IMG/VR virus record: IMGVR_UViG_3300020392_000010
Span: 1 to 64,000 of that record
DNA: 64,000 nt
Direction: 5' to 3' (one strand)
DNA from: a virus
Shown here: one piece after another, positions 1-9,045 of the stretch
How the letters are laid out: every line of letters starts with the position of its first letter
Numbering within the stretch: the stretch's first letter is position 1
Made by a program: the position numbers and the translations under genes
The notes under the pieces: generated by a model
Seen by the model: only the letters and a program-made list of their open reading frames with translations
What the model was told of the DNA's origin: nothing
Databases searched by the model: none

Positions 1-1072
1 ATTTAACTGCTGCTGCAATACCTGCTTGATCTTGTTCGTCAGCAGATTGAACTAGAGCAAAGAATTGAGTTAACGTATCAATTACATCATCTTTATCATT
101 ATCTAAATCTAAGACTCTTTCTGTGAATTCTTTCAAAGACTGATGACTTGCTGCTAAAGTACTATGAGCATCGTCTTGAGCTTTTTGCTCCTCTGAAATT
201 TCTGATTTATAAGCCTCAAATGCTTTTGCTTCACTCGCTCTTAAAGCTGCAAGATTACTTCTAAACTCTGTTTCTTCTTTCAAAACGTCTGCTGCTCGAG
301 CTGCTCTATCTTTTTCAACTTTAGCTGCTTCTGCAATTCTAGCTGCTTCAACTTCTTCTGCTCGTTGAACTCTCAATTTTTCAACGTCTGCTGCTGTTGT
401 TGCCGTTTCTTCTGCAAGATTACTTCTATACTCTGTTTCTTCTTTTAAGATTGCTGCTGCAGCTGCTTTTGTTTCTTCTGCAAGATTACTTCTATACTCT
501 GTTTCTTCTTTCAAGATTGCTGCTGCAGCTGATTTTGTTTCTTCTGCAAGATCGCTTCTATACTTTGTTTCTTCATTTAAGATTGCTTCTGCTCGAGCTG
601 CTCTATCTTTTTCAACTTTAGCTGCTTCTGCAATTCTAGCTGCTTCAACTGCTGCTGCAGCCGTTGCTGTTTCTTGTGCATGATCTGCAGTATACTTATT
701 AAAGTCTGCTTGGTTAGCTGCAATAGCTTTAAGAATAGCAGCCTCGGCTGTATTATCTTTTTCTAACTCGTCTGATATTTTTTTCAAAGCATCAAATGCC
801 TCAGCGGGAGTACCTCCAAAGATTACCTCTCTTAATGCTTCGATTTTTTGAGCGATTGAGCCAGGAACATCTTTTGCAGCCAAGAGATTAGTAAGTAAAG
901 ACTGTACGTTATCAAAGCCGTCTACGCCTGATAAGCTTATCTCTGATGATAGGATACCTTTAGTTCCACTGAACTCAGCATCCCAAAACTGTCCATTAGC
1001 AATCTTTCCATCAGATTGTGCGTTAAGGATTATAGGGCTCCCTACCTTATTAAATTCTGGTTTATTTTCCAT
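1..1072 (-). CDS. Coiled-coil fibre-like virion protein (runs off window start; absent from ORF track)
   Basis: Manual translation from ATG at 1072 (MENKPEFNKVGSPIILNAQ...) stays open to position 2. Contains GGTPAEAFDALKKISDEL (like the 'PEALDTLKEIA' motif of phage fibres) and Ala/Glu-rich 11/22-aa repeats. Confidence 0.75.
   Translation of the reverse strand, partial: MENKPEFNKVGSPIILNAQSDGKIANGQFWDAEFSGTKGILSSEISLSGVDGFDNVQSLLTNLLAAKDVPGSIAQKIEALREVIFGGTPAEAFDALKKISDELEKDNTAEAAILKAIAANQADFNKYTADHAQETATAAAAVEAARIAEAAKVEKDRAARAEAILNEETKYRSDLAEETKSAAAAILKEETEYRSNLAEETKAAAAAILKEETEYRSNLAEETATTAADVEKLRVQRAEEVEAARIAEAAKVEKDRAARAADVLKEETEFRSNLAALRASEAKAFEAYKSEISEEQKAQDDAHSTLAASHQSLKEFTERVLDLDNDKDDVIDTLTQFFALVQSADEQDQAGIAAAVK
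405..600. repeat. Coding tandem repeat, 3 x 66 bp (22-aa unit AAILKEETEYRSNLAEETKAAA)
   Basis: gtttcttctgcaagat recurs at 405, 471 and 537. A further 60-bp block is duplicated at 294-353 and 591-650. Confidence 0.9.
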
Positions 1073-1195
1073 TTTTATTTAGTTTATTTTTAATGTACGT
1101 AAACCTAAAAATGCATGCCGTTAAACTTCAAAAATAAATTTGAAAAAAATATGTAATAAAATGTGTGATTAAAAATTAATCCCTAACATAATGTA

Positions 1196-1447
1196 TTATC
1201 TATTAAATAGCAAGTTTTTTAAGTTCTTGATGGAATTTGCGTACTGTAGTGGTTCTGTTGAACCTCCACCCATCAAATACTCATTTACATGCTCATCTAA
1301 ATTAGGGGTCTTATCGAATGAAAAGAAGGATTTTCTACCCTTTTTTTCTGTTGAAAACTTGTGACCTTTTACTATAAGATACGCTGACAAGTATAAATCT
1401 GTTGTAGTATATAAATTTAAATTTTCTTTATTTTCGGTGTTATCCAT
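1196..1447 (-). CDS. DUF5659-like small protein
   Basis: YTTTDLYLSAYL...FFSF pattern; minus-strand TATAAATA at 1483-1490. Confidence 0.6.
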   Translation of the reverse strand: MDNTENKENLNLYTTTDLYLSAYLIVKGHKFSTEKKGRKSFFSFDKTPNLDEHVNEYLMGGGSTEPLQYANSIKNLKNLLFNR

Positions 1448-1540
1448 TGTATAATTATAATTGTTTTTGCTTTATTCTAGTTTATTTATATGCGCTCTAG
1501 GGGCTGTTTTTTTAAAAAAATGAATAAAAATTAAAATAAA

Positions 1541-2167
1541 TCAAATTGTTGCATGATAGTTAATTATTATGTTATTTTTCTCCAATGGGGGTGAAAAAAA
1601 CTGTAAAATATTATTAATTATTTCGTAATCTCCATCATTTCCGCTATGTAATTTTATACCATCAATAAAAACCGATTCGCTGTTCTGCACAGGTGTTGAA
1701 AATAATGTAAATGACTTATTGACACCATCAATATTTCCAGAAGGTATTTCATTTAATACTTCTGTATATTTGTTAGTAACATAATTACATACAAAATGAA
1801 AACTTTCAAGTATATCGAATTTAAAATAAATCGTATTATCTATTATATCATAATCTTTATCTGTTATTAATTGACCATTCATGTATATAAATTCTGTTCC
1901 TTTAACAGGGGAATTTTCAAGTATAGCTATATTAGTTGTAGTAGAGCGATCTATAGCTGGTTCTTCGTTTAATACATCCTTTGCCATTTTTTTATGAAGG
2001 CCCATTCTACCCTGGTTTGGATTGTGGTCTGATGACTTTCTATCTATAAATGGTTTTTTTAGAGCCCTCCATGTAATGCCATTCCACATATAGGCCCTAG
2101 CAGAATTTCCATCTATTCTTATTATTTCTCCAACAGTAGGATCTTTTGGAAACAAGGTTAAATCCAT
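1541..2167 (-). CDS. Putative virion structural/fibre-associated protein
   Basis: N-terminal FPKDPTVG...YMWNGITW and two copies of a small beta module (NEIPSGNIDGVNKSFTL..P...SESVFIDG) typical of large-phage structural proteins. Confidence 0.5.
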   Translation of the reverse strand: MDLTLFPKDPTVGEIIRIDGNSARAYMWNGITWRALKKPFIDRKSSDHNPNQGRMGLHKKMAKDVLNEEPAIDRSTTTNIAILENSPVKGTEFIYMNGQLITDKDYDIIDNTIYFKFDILESFHFVCNYVTNKYTEVLNEIPSGNIDGVNKSFTLFSTPVQNSESVFIDGIKLHSGNDGDYEIINNILQFFSPPLEKNNIIINYHATI

Positions 2168-2168
2168 G

Positions 2169-2657
2169 TTATAAATCAGTAGTAGTTATTTTTTTCCAAG
2201 AGGTTCCATTATGAAATACATACTCTCTATCTGTATTGTTATATATTAATTCGCCTTCAATAGGTGCAGCTATACTTAATATCTGTTCTTTAGATAAACT
2301 TTCAAAGGTAGTATCTGCTTCATTAGGATGAAGTGATAACCATACAAAATGATCTTTTTCTATTTTAGTATAGATATATGATATTGCGTTAAATGTGTCA
2401 TACCATATATTACCATGATATAATTTAGCACCATTGCTTTCATTAGGGGCGTCTGCCTGTGCAAAAAATTTAAAATTAGACTCGTCAGGCGCTCCTCCAA
2501 AAGATTCTATAACAGTGATTTGACCCGTTCTATCCATTTTAGATAATTTGTTATCATTGCTAGAATCAAAACCTATTAAAAATCCATTTCTAGGTATTCT
2601 AGAAAACTTAATTTTTGAAAAATCTATTTTTGGATAAAGCCTAGCTATCTCTGCCAT
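2169..2657 (-). CDS. Putative virion structural protein
   Basis: GNIWYDT and EGELIYNNTD..YVFHNGTSW motifs typical of fibre modules. Confidence 0.45.
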   Translation of the reverse strand: MAEIARLYPKIDFSKIKFSRIPRNGFLIGFDSSNDNKLSKMDRTGQITVIESFGGAPDESNFKFFAQADAPNESNGAKLYHGNIWYDTFNAISYIYTKIEKDHFVWLSLHPNEADTTFESLSKEQILSIAAPIEGELIYNNTDREYVFHNGTSWKKITTTDL

Positions 2658-2696
2658 TTTGATTTATTTTTTACTATATTATTTATTAAAAGTCGT

Positions 2697-2704
2697 TATA
2701 AATA
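2697..2704 (+). promoter_or_regulatory. T4-type late promoter TATAAATA
   Basis: Exact TATAAATA 21 nt upstream of the ATG at 2726. Confidence 0.65.
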
Positions 2705-2725
2705 AATTAGAACAATCTATAACAT

Positions 2726-3529
2726 ATGAATAGCTATATACAAAATTATGCAAATTGGAGCAGGGTATTTGAAAATGAAGAAGAATACACCAAATATTAC
2801 ATATCTTCAAAGCCTAAATATGTGTATAGGAGAGCAGGCCTCAAAAAAGACAAGACTCCTAATTGGCAATATCAATTAAAAACCGGCGAAAAATATTGGC
2901 ATACTGTTGAAAACGTAGAATCTTTAAAAGAATTAAATTCTCAGTATAAGAAAAATATAGAAAAAGAAAAGCTAGCAAAGCTACAGGGAAACAAGGACTA
3001 TTGGACTTTAGTAACCATAATGGCATGTGAAAATTATACCACTAAAAATTATAGTGGAGCTAAACAAGCAATGGCCGACGTTGCCCAAGCAATATATAAT
3101 AGATATAATACCCCAGGTAAGCCATATGGAAAAACTTTGCAAAAGGTAATACTTTCACCTGGCCAATATCAACCCGTAAGAGACGGTAAAGCTAAAGGTG
3201 CAAAATGGAGCAGTATTAATAATAAAGAAGAAGCCATTGCTGTATATATGAAAACAAAAGGTAGAAAAAAAGAAGAGGCAACTACTCAAATAGAAGATGC
3301 CATGTTTGCACAAAAATCAAGCAAGCTTCGCAGTAATGCAAAAAAGCATGTAGGAAGTAGAACAGAATTTTTAGCAGCTTCTCCCAAATCTAAAGGAGCA
3401 GTTGGAGTAATTGAAAGAAGCCCAAAAGGATATAATAATTGTTTTTATTGGAGATATGCTGGAAAATTAGAATTTTATAATAAAAAACTAGTAGACGCAA
3501 CTGCTTTACCTGATTCAGTCAGTAATTAG
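2726..3529 (+). CDS. Cell wall hydrolase (SleB/Hydrolase_2-like) with capsid-targeting-like leader
   Basis: IMACEN...AMADVAQAIYNRY...VILSPGQYQP motifs; leader MNSYIQNYANWSRVFE. Confidence 0.65.
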   Translation: MNSYIQNYANWSRVFENEEEYTKYYISSKPKYVYRRAGLKKDKTPNWQYQLKTGEKYWHTVENVESLKELNSQYKKNIEKEKLAKLQGNKDYWTLVTIMACENYTTKNYSGAKQAMADVAQAIYNRYNTPGKPYGKTLQKVILSPGQYQPVRDGKAKGAKWSSINNKEEAIAVYMKTKGRKKEEATTQIEDAMFAQKSSKLRSNAKKHVGSRTEFLAASPKSKGAVGVIERSPKGYNNCFYWRYAGKLEFYNKKLVDATALPDSVSN

Positions 3530-3720
3530 GAATTACTTTTTCTTTCAATTATAGAGTATCTACAATTATTATCCGTGTTTGAATTTAAAGTTTCAACCAT
3601 TAGTTTAACTGTTTTTGCATCATTTAGTTCTAATACTTCGCCTAAACTATTATTCATTAAAACCGACTGATTAGTTTTTAAAAAGGTTTTTTTAATTGTG
3701 TAATATACTTTTGATTTCAT
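3526..3720 (-). CDS. Hypothetical protein
   Basis: Tightly packed in a minus-strand run. Confidence 0.5.
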   Translation of the reverse strand: MKSKVYYTIKKTFLKTNQSVLMNNSLGEVLELNDAKTVKLMVETLNSNTDNNCRYSIIERKSNS

Positions 3721-3905
3721 TATTTATGTTTATGGTTTTTAACAATAGATGCATAGTAGTAATCTCCTGTGCTTTTAAATTTATTCCATAGGTATTCTAT
3801 AACCTCATCGCTTTTAAACTTCTCTAACAACATGGATGCACTTCTGTGTTTAGCTAGATCCCAGCTATCTTTGGATTCTATTATATCTATTAAACGTTTT
3901 TTCAT
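3720..3905 (-). CDS. Hypothetical protein
   Basis: Overlaps its neighbours at start and stop. Confidence 0.5.
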   Translation of the reverse strand: MKKRLIDIIESKDSWDLAKHRSASMLLEKFKSDEVIEYLWNKFKSTGDYYYASIVKNHKHK

Positions 3906-4621
3906 TGCTCTATAATATTATAGTTACCTAATTTTAATACTACATTGGCTGTTGCTATCACATCCTTTTCACAATATTTTACTATATCCTCTAACCTATC
4001 TTCTAACCAATATGCGTCAGATACCATACTACCATCCATATTGTCCTTTGGAGTAGGAACATTTAAGGAAGCAGACATTAGGTCTAGTGAAACCCTAGTT
4101 CCTCCCCATGCTCCGAAATTCCAAACATCTGACGTGTCTATAAATGGCATTTCCCAGGGTTTAAGATTATGTAGGTGTAAAAAACTAGGAATAGATAACC
4201 CATTTATAACAGACCTTTTTAAAATAACGGGTATATCAAAACCCTTTATATTATGACCAACAAATTTAAATCCACTAGCATGGAATTTTTCAAATACTTT
4301 TAGTGTATTATGGAGCACTTCTTTTTCATCATGTCCACTGCACGTATGAACATTGCTAGTTACTTCCCCTGTTGAATCTATTTCAACCCTACCAAATGAA
4401 ACGCAGAGTACTTTATTAAATTCAGGATGAAGAGCACCTTTGTAACTGTATAGTTCACTGTCTGTTTTACCTTCATTATCTTCGTAATTTGACCTAAGCC
4501 ATTCACATCTTTTTGACCAAAGCTTTTTCATTCTATCTGATAATTCACTATGATCTTTAAAAGTTGTTGCCGTTTCAACATCAAAGAAAATCATCTTTGT
4601 AATTTCGTTTTTTGTAAACAT
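3902..4621 (-). CDS. Stand-alone DEDD 3'-5' exonuclease (PolB exo2 type)
   Basis: FFDVET (ExoI), GHNIKGFDIP (ExoII) and YCEKDV (ExoIII). Confidence 0.85.
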   Translation of the reverse strand: MFTKNEITKMIFFDVETATTFKDHSELSDRMKKLWSKRCEWLRSNYEDNEGKTDSELYSYKGALHPEFNKVLCVSFGRVEIDSTGEVTSNVHTCSGHDEKEVLHNTLKVFEKFHASGFKFVGHNIKGFDIPVILKRSVINGLSIPSFLHLHNLKPWEMPFIDTSDVWNFGAWGGTRVSLDLMSASLNVPTPKDNMDGSMVSDAYWLEDRLEDIVKYCEKDVIATANVVLKLGNYNIIEQ

Positions 4622-4692
4622 ATTGTTTGATTTTTAAATAATATACTAATTATTCTTTACATTATTAAACTTATTTTTAATTAATTAGTTTT

Positions 4693-4700
4693 TATAAATA
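4693..4700 (+). promoter_or_regulatory. Late promoter TATAAATA
   Basis: Exact motif 21 nt upstream of the ATG at 4722. Confidence 0.65.
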
Positions 4701-4721
4701 ACTAAAAGATCTAATTTAAAA

Positions 4722-5093
4722 ATGAATAAGCACATATTCTCATACTATGATTTTATTAAAGAAAACAAATCAGGCGGTGATTTTTTAACAATGTTAAATC
4801 AAATAGTAATGGACCAAATAGATAAAGAAGTAGACGCTATTTCCGCAACAAATGTTATTAGAGATTTTATAAGTAGCCATATGGAAAATATCTCAATGAA
4901 AATGACAGATCCAGAATTTGTAAAATCATTCTATGAAACTTTACAACCATGGTATCATGAGTATCGAAAAGATTTAGATAAAAGTGAAATAGACTATTTT
5001 ATAGGAAAAAGAGATATGGATAGTCAATCTGACGAGGATATACCTTTAGACAATACAGATGACGAAATTGATGATTTTGAATTTGAAATATAA
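4722..5093 (+). CDS. Hypothetical protein with capsid-targeting-like leader
   Basis: MNKHIFSYYDFIKE; acidic C-terminus. Confidence 0.6.
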   Translation: MNKHIFSYYDFIKENKSGGDFLTMLNQIVMDQIDKEVDAISATNVIRDFISSHMENISMKMTDPEFVKSFYETLQPWYHEYRKDLDKSEIDYFIGKRDMDSQSDEDIPLDNTDDEIDDFEFEI

Positions 5094-5107
5094 AAACTTT
5101 AAATAAA

Positions 5108-5953
5108 ATGAATAAGCACATTAGCAAGTACAGTGAATTTAATACCGACATTAAAGCCATATATGAATCAGCTATAGATAGTTTAGTATATAGAGGATTA
5201 TCTTTAGATTTTATAAACAGTAATAGGTTAAATGAATCTGAAGAATGGTATGAAACAGAGGATGAAGATGAAGAAATTACTTCAGGTGAAAAAGCCGCAT
5301 TAACAAGAGGATTAAGTTTAATGACTAAACCACAAATGGCTGCAATATATTTGCTAGCAAAAGGAAAATGTGAAGACGTTGGGGCAGATTATTTAAAAAT
5401 GATAGACGGAATAGAAGCCTTTGGTTATACAGATGAGCATGATGGATCTTTTAATATAACTACACCTGCTTTAGCAGATGCAATAGGAATGGATTCTGAT
5501 AGAACTTTAAATTACACGCTTAAAAAGTTTCAAAACTTAATCGACGGAATTGGGGAAACTGCCTCTCAATCATTGAGTAATAAATTAATTAAAGCACATG
5601 ACGCTTTATCTCAGGCAGATGATGTAAAAATAGCAAATTTTGCATCAGAAACAATGCAAGATGCAAGTAATACAAAAAATAGAGATGCGGCTGATTCTAG
5701 AAAAGAAATAATGTCTGATAAAGCTTCAAAAAGAAGAGAAGAAAATAAAAAAGAAGATGAAAAAATAGGACTTGCTGTTCATGAAATAGTTAAATCATTC
5801 CAAGCGGCTAAGATAGATAAAAAAATATACAGTAAATTTGTTTTTAAAGAAATGGAAAAAACATACCCTGGATTAACATCTGAAAGAATTAAGAATGCTT
5901 ATTTCAAATGGTTAAAACAGAGAGGAATGAACGCATCTGCTTATCTAGCTTAA
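5108..5953 (+). CDS. Hypothetical protein with capsid-targeting-like leader
   Basis: MNKHISKYSEF...RLNES; possible HTH at ITTPALADAIGMDSDRTL. Confidence 0.6.
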   Translation: MNKHISKYSEFNTDIKAIYESAIDSLVYRGLSLDFINSNRLNESEEWYETEDEDEEITSGEKAALTRGLSLMTKPQMAAIYLLAKGKCEDVGADYLKMIDGIEAFGYTDEHDGSFNITTPALADAIGMDSDRTLNYTLKKFQNLIDGIGETASQSLSNKLIKAHDALSQADDVKIANFASETMQDASNTKNRDAADSRKEIMSDKASKRREENKKEDEKIGLAVHEIVKSFQAAKIDKKIYSKFVFKEMEKTYPGLTSERIKNAYFKWLKQRGMNASAYLA

Positions 5954-6379
5954 TTCAAATAAAAATCCTATTGTTGCAAAGTATATTAGAAACATTAAAG
6001 CAAAAGACTTTAAAAATAGTACTAATCTAGTATACATAAAACCTGTACTCTTTGCACTATTATAGCATGATATAAATAGTTCATATCTATCATTTTCATC
6101 TAGTTCATCATCTTTTTCTTCTGTACAAGTCATTTCATCCCCTACGCATTTTTGAACAACCCTAACTTTTAATTCTGTTTTAATAAACAAAAATTGAGTT
6201 ATAATTAAAGTCAATATAGGGAGTATGAAATATGTACTAAATTGGGTTTCTATTATGGTTAATATTGTTAATAAGGCATAGTGATGAAATTCTATGTTTC
6301 TAACATATGGAATTTTTGAAAATTTATCAAATTCATCATTATAATACTTAAAAGTATCTACTATTTTTGAAGTTTTCAT
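5945..6379 (-). CDS. Hypothetical membrane protein
   Basis: Three hydrophobic segments. Confidence 0.5.
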   Translation of the reverse strand: MKTSKIVDTFKYYNDEFDKFSKIPYVRNIEFHHYALLTILTIIETQFSTYFILPILTLIITQFLFIKTELKVRVVQKCVGDEMTCTEEKDDELDENDRYELFISCYNSAKSTGFMYTRLVLFLKSFALMFLIYFATIGFLFELS

Positions 6380-6632
6380 GACATTTATTTAAATTGTTAA
6401 TATCTAAGTCTCTTAAAACTATTGCTTTTTCAAATTCATCGATCGATGCAAAATAATTTTCTAACATTAATACATCAGATTTTTTTATAGAAGTAGGATC
6501 AAATGGAAAAATTAGCACATTATTAGATTCGTATAATAATTCTTCATAATTAAAATTACCAGTAACTAAATTATACCCTAATTCCATTAAATCATGTTCT
6601 TTAAAAATATACTCATTAAACTCATCGTTCAT
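6348..6632 (-). CDS. Hypothetical protein
   Basis: Preceded by the TAGTATAAT motif; C-terminal EFEKAIVLRD (UVR-like). Confidence 0.5.
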   Translation of the reverse strand: MNDEFNEYIFKEHDLMELGYNLVTGNFNYEELLYESNNVLIFPFDPTSIKKSDVLMLENYFASIDEFEKAIVLRDLDINNLNKCHENFKNSRYF

Positions 6633-6637
6633 AGTAT

Positions 6638-6646
6638 ATTATACTA
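6638..6646 (-). promoter_or_regulatory. Putative early/middle promoter element TAGTATAAT
   Basis: Same 9-mer upstream of minus-strand genes at 8772, 18347 and 62810, variants at 4640 and 34499, and on + at 35024. Confidence 0.55.
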
Positions 6647-6671
6647 ATTTAAATTTTAAAAGTTTACTTGA

Positions 6672-7160
6672 TTATCCTTCTTTTTCAAAGTGATGTAATA
6701 GATCTTGTTGTGTTAATCTCCATTTTCCATCTGTACCTTTTTCGCAAAATAGAGGCAGTATATAAGACATCCATGTACTATAATATCCTCTACTGGGTCT
6801 TACTCTTCTAGTGTTATCGCTAAACATTCCTCTTTCATAATCATACTGAGGTTCTTCTTCGTGTGGTAAGCTAGATGGCCCTGACTGAACCTGCTCTTCT
6901 CCTCCTAATATGTACATCTGTATATCAGTAAAAGTCATTCCTTCGTCTCCAGACTGCCATATTCTTTTAAGAATATCGTATTGCTTTGTTCCTATTCTAA
7001 GTTTTTTAGGTAACGCTCTCCAACTTCCCATAGGCGTAGCTGGCTCTGAAGTTAATTTAATATGCCTATTACCACTTTTTGTAACAATAGTGTCTTCATA
7101 CTCAGGTAGTAGCCATTTATGAGCCAAGCTTATTAAACTAGATTTTTGCTTATCTTTCAT
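6672..7160 (-). CDS. Hypothetical protein (possible winged helix)
   Basis: QYDILKRIW...GMTFTDIQ...GKWRLT pattern. Confidence 0.45.
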   Translation of the reverse strand: MKDKQKSSLISLAHKWLLPEYEDTIVTKSGNRHIKLTSEPATPMGSWRALPKKLRIGTKQYDILKRIWQSGDEGMTFTDIQMYILGGEEQVQSGPSSLPHEEEPQYDYERGMFSDNTRRVRPSRGYYSTWMSYILPLFCEKGTDGKWRLTQQDLLHHFEKEG

Positions 7161-7477
7161 TATTTTTTAATTTTCAATTTTTTACGAATGGCTTTAGATC
7201 TACTTTTTATTTTTTCATACTGCTCTAAAGAACCATTTAATTCTATGTATTTTTCTAAACTAGAAGGGTTAAATACAAAGTCATCTATAGATTTATTTAT
7301 AATAAAATTATCTATGTTATCTAGAATGGTTTTTTCATCTATAGGTAACATTTTATCTTTTAAAAAACTTATTAGCTCAAATCCATTTCTACATTCTTCA
7401 CACCACTTGTGATTTGTGTCGTCTTCTAGACTCAATTTTTTACCGCATAATTTACACTTATTTTTATTATCTTTCAT
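7160..7477 (-). CDS. Hypothetical zinc-ribbon protein
   Basis: CKLC...CEEC. Confidence 0.5.
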   Translation of the reverse strand: MKDNKNKCKLCGKKLSLEDDTNHKWCEECRNGFELISFLKDKMLPIDEKTILDNIDNFIINKSIDDFVFNPSSLEKYIELNGSLEQYEKIKSRSKAIRKKLKIKK

Positions 7478-7492
7478 TACAATATTATTTAT

Positions 7493-7861
7493 TTAAATAT
7501 CATAATTTAAAAAACGTATGAGATAATCCCGGTCTACTTTTTTTCTTTTTCCGGTTAATATATTTTCAAGATATGCGCTATCATATGGAGGATTTCCTCT
7601 AATTATAAACACGGTTACTTTATGTCCAGCTATCTGCTTAACTAGCTTACATAGTAATTTTAATAAAATAGTTTGACCGTAACCTGTTCTTTCATTTAAG
7701 TGCTTACTTTCTATTATTCTTATGTGTTTCTTATCCCTATCATATGTTATTAGGTCTATATTCATAACTGTCATGTTCTTTTTACAGTTTTCAGCAATAA
7801 ATTTATTTAAAGGTGACCCATAATATTTTTCTTCTGTGCCTCGTATTTCGTTATATAACAT
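7493..7861 (-). CDS. PD-(D/E)xK-like nuclease fold protein
   Basis: NIDLI...IIESK pattern. Confidence 0.4.
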   Translation of the reverse strand: MLYNEIRGTEEKYYGSPLNKFIAENCKKNMTVMNIDLITYDRDKKHIRIIESKHLNERTGYGQTILLKLLCKLVKQIAGHKVTVFIIRGNPPYDSAYLENILTGKRKKVDRDYLIRFLNYDI

Positions 7862-8750
7862 GTTTTTCTTTTTTAATTTTATTTAGTAACACTGGATTAG
7901 CAGCTTTTATTTTTTTAATAGATCTTTTTATCTTTTGCCTAATTGTTTCTTGAGCAGCTATCCCTAATGTACTTGCAATCTGCTGATTAGTGTGAGATTC
8001 AGTATATGGAGGAAGGCCAAGCTTCATTGAAACTATTTGTATTTCCATATTATTTAAAGGTTTAAATAATTCTTTTAAAACAATATTAGAATCACTTTCA
8101 TTTATTTTTTCCATAGTATCATTAGATTCTATATAATTTATTGGGGAATAGTCACTTTCCTCTGATACAGGTGCTTCTAAGGAAACTGTTTTAGTTTCTT
8201 CACCAATTATTCTACATATAGCCCGTATGTCAATCTTAACAGGGTTACTTAATTTCATAAGCTCATCTTGTATTTCATAAGCAGTTGGGAACCTATCATA
8301 AGATTGTACATAATCTGTTTGAATTTTACCTATTTTAGCAGCAGTCTGAATTTGATTTTCAGGTATTTTAATCTGCCTAGAGTTTTTAGAAATACATTCT
8401 CTTATTCTTCTTCTTATATGCCACACTGCATAAGAAATAAATTTAAAGCCCATTGATGGATCAAATTTATCAGCCGCCTCTATCATTCCAAAATTTCCTT
8501 CATTTATTAAATCTTCTAATGATATTATAGAATTTTTTCTCTGATATGCTTTAGCTACACTAATAACAAATCTTAAATTAGAAATAACTAGCTTTTCCTT
8601 TGACAATTGGCATCCTTCTTTAACCTTTAGTGCTAATTCATATTCCTCTTCAGATGATATTTCAGGGATAGCCCTAACATCTTCCATATAGGCGTTAATG
8701 GTATCATTTCTTAAAGTGTATATTTCTTTAGATACTTTAAATTGTCTCAT
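7851..8750 (-). CDS. RNA polymerase sigma-70 factor, Bacteroidota primary-sigma type
   Basis: MRQFKVSK start, NLRFVISVAKAYQ, DLINEGNFG, GFKFISYAVW, region 4 HTH; no region 1.1. Confidence 0.9.
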   Translation of the reverse strand: MRQFKVSKEIYTLRNDTINAYMEDVRAIPEISSEEEYELALKVKEGCQLSKEKLVISNLRFVISVAKAYQRKNSIISLEDLINEGNFGMIEAADKFDPSMGFKFISYAVWHIRRRIRECISKNSRQIKIPENQIQTAAKIGKIQTDYVQSYDRFPTAYEIQDELMKLSNPVKIDIRAICRIIGEETKTVSLEAPVSEESDYSPINYIESNDTMEKINESDSNIVLKELFKPLNNMEIQIVSMKLGLPPYTESHTNQQIASTLGIAAQETIRQKIKRSIKKIKAANPVLLNKIKKEKHVI

Positions 8751-8771
8751 TTACAATTAATATTTTATAAT

Positions 8772-8780
8772 ATTATACTA
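8772..8780 (-). promoter_or_regulatory. TAGTATAAT element upstream of the sigma gene
   Basis: Exact motif, back-to-back with a + strand TATAAATA at 8791-8798. Confidence 0.55.
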
Positions 8781-8810
8781 ATTTTTTCTATATAAATAAT
8801 ATTGAATACT

Positions 8811-9035
8811 ATGAAACATATAATTAATATAGATAAATTCAATATTAAACTAAACGAGAATAGAGAACCTAAGCTTAGTCAGTTTGTATTAGATAACTTA
8901 AGTGATCTTAAATCTAAACTATATTATTATGACGGTAATTTTGCATTTTTAAAATCAGTAAAAGAACAATACAAAAGAAAAGGTTATTTAACAGACACTC
9001 AATGGAAAGCTGTTTATAATTGTTTTAACAAATAA
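8811..9035 (+). CDS. Small protein with capsid-targeting-like leader
   Basis: ATG at 8811 (MKHIINIDKFNIKLNE) follows TATAAATA at 8791. Confidence 0.55.
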   Translation: MKHIINIDKFNIKLNENREPKLSQFVLDNLSDLKSKLYYYDGNFAFLKSVKEQYKRKGYLTDTQWKAVYNCFNK

Positions 9036-9045
9036 ATATATTAGA

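Noticed and set aside
405-600. Possible CRISPR array
   Set aside because: The units are contiguous 66-bp in-frame coding repeats with no unique spacers.
397-621. Leu-rich repetitive + strand ORF
   Set aside because: Antisense shadow of the repeats in the minus-strand fibre gene (1-1072).
1073-1195. Structured RNA or tRNA in intergenic gaps
   Set aside because: Only short AT-rich inverted repeats; no cloverleaf or T-loop motif was recognised here or in other gaps (tRNAscan and Infernal were not run).
3902-4621. Missing N-terminal half of the split polymerase
   Set aside because: It is a short stand-alone exonuclease without polymerase motif A.
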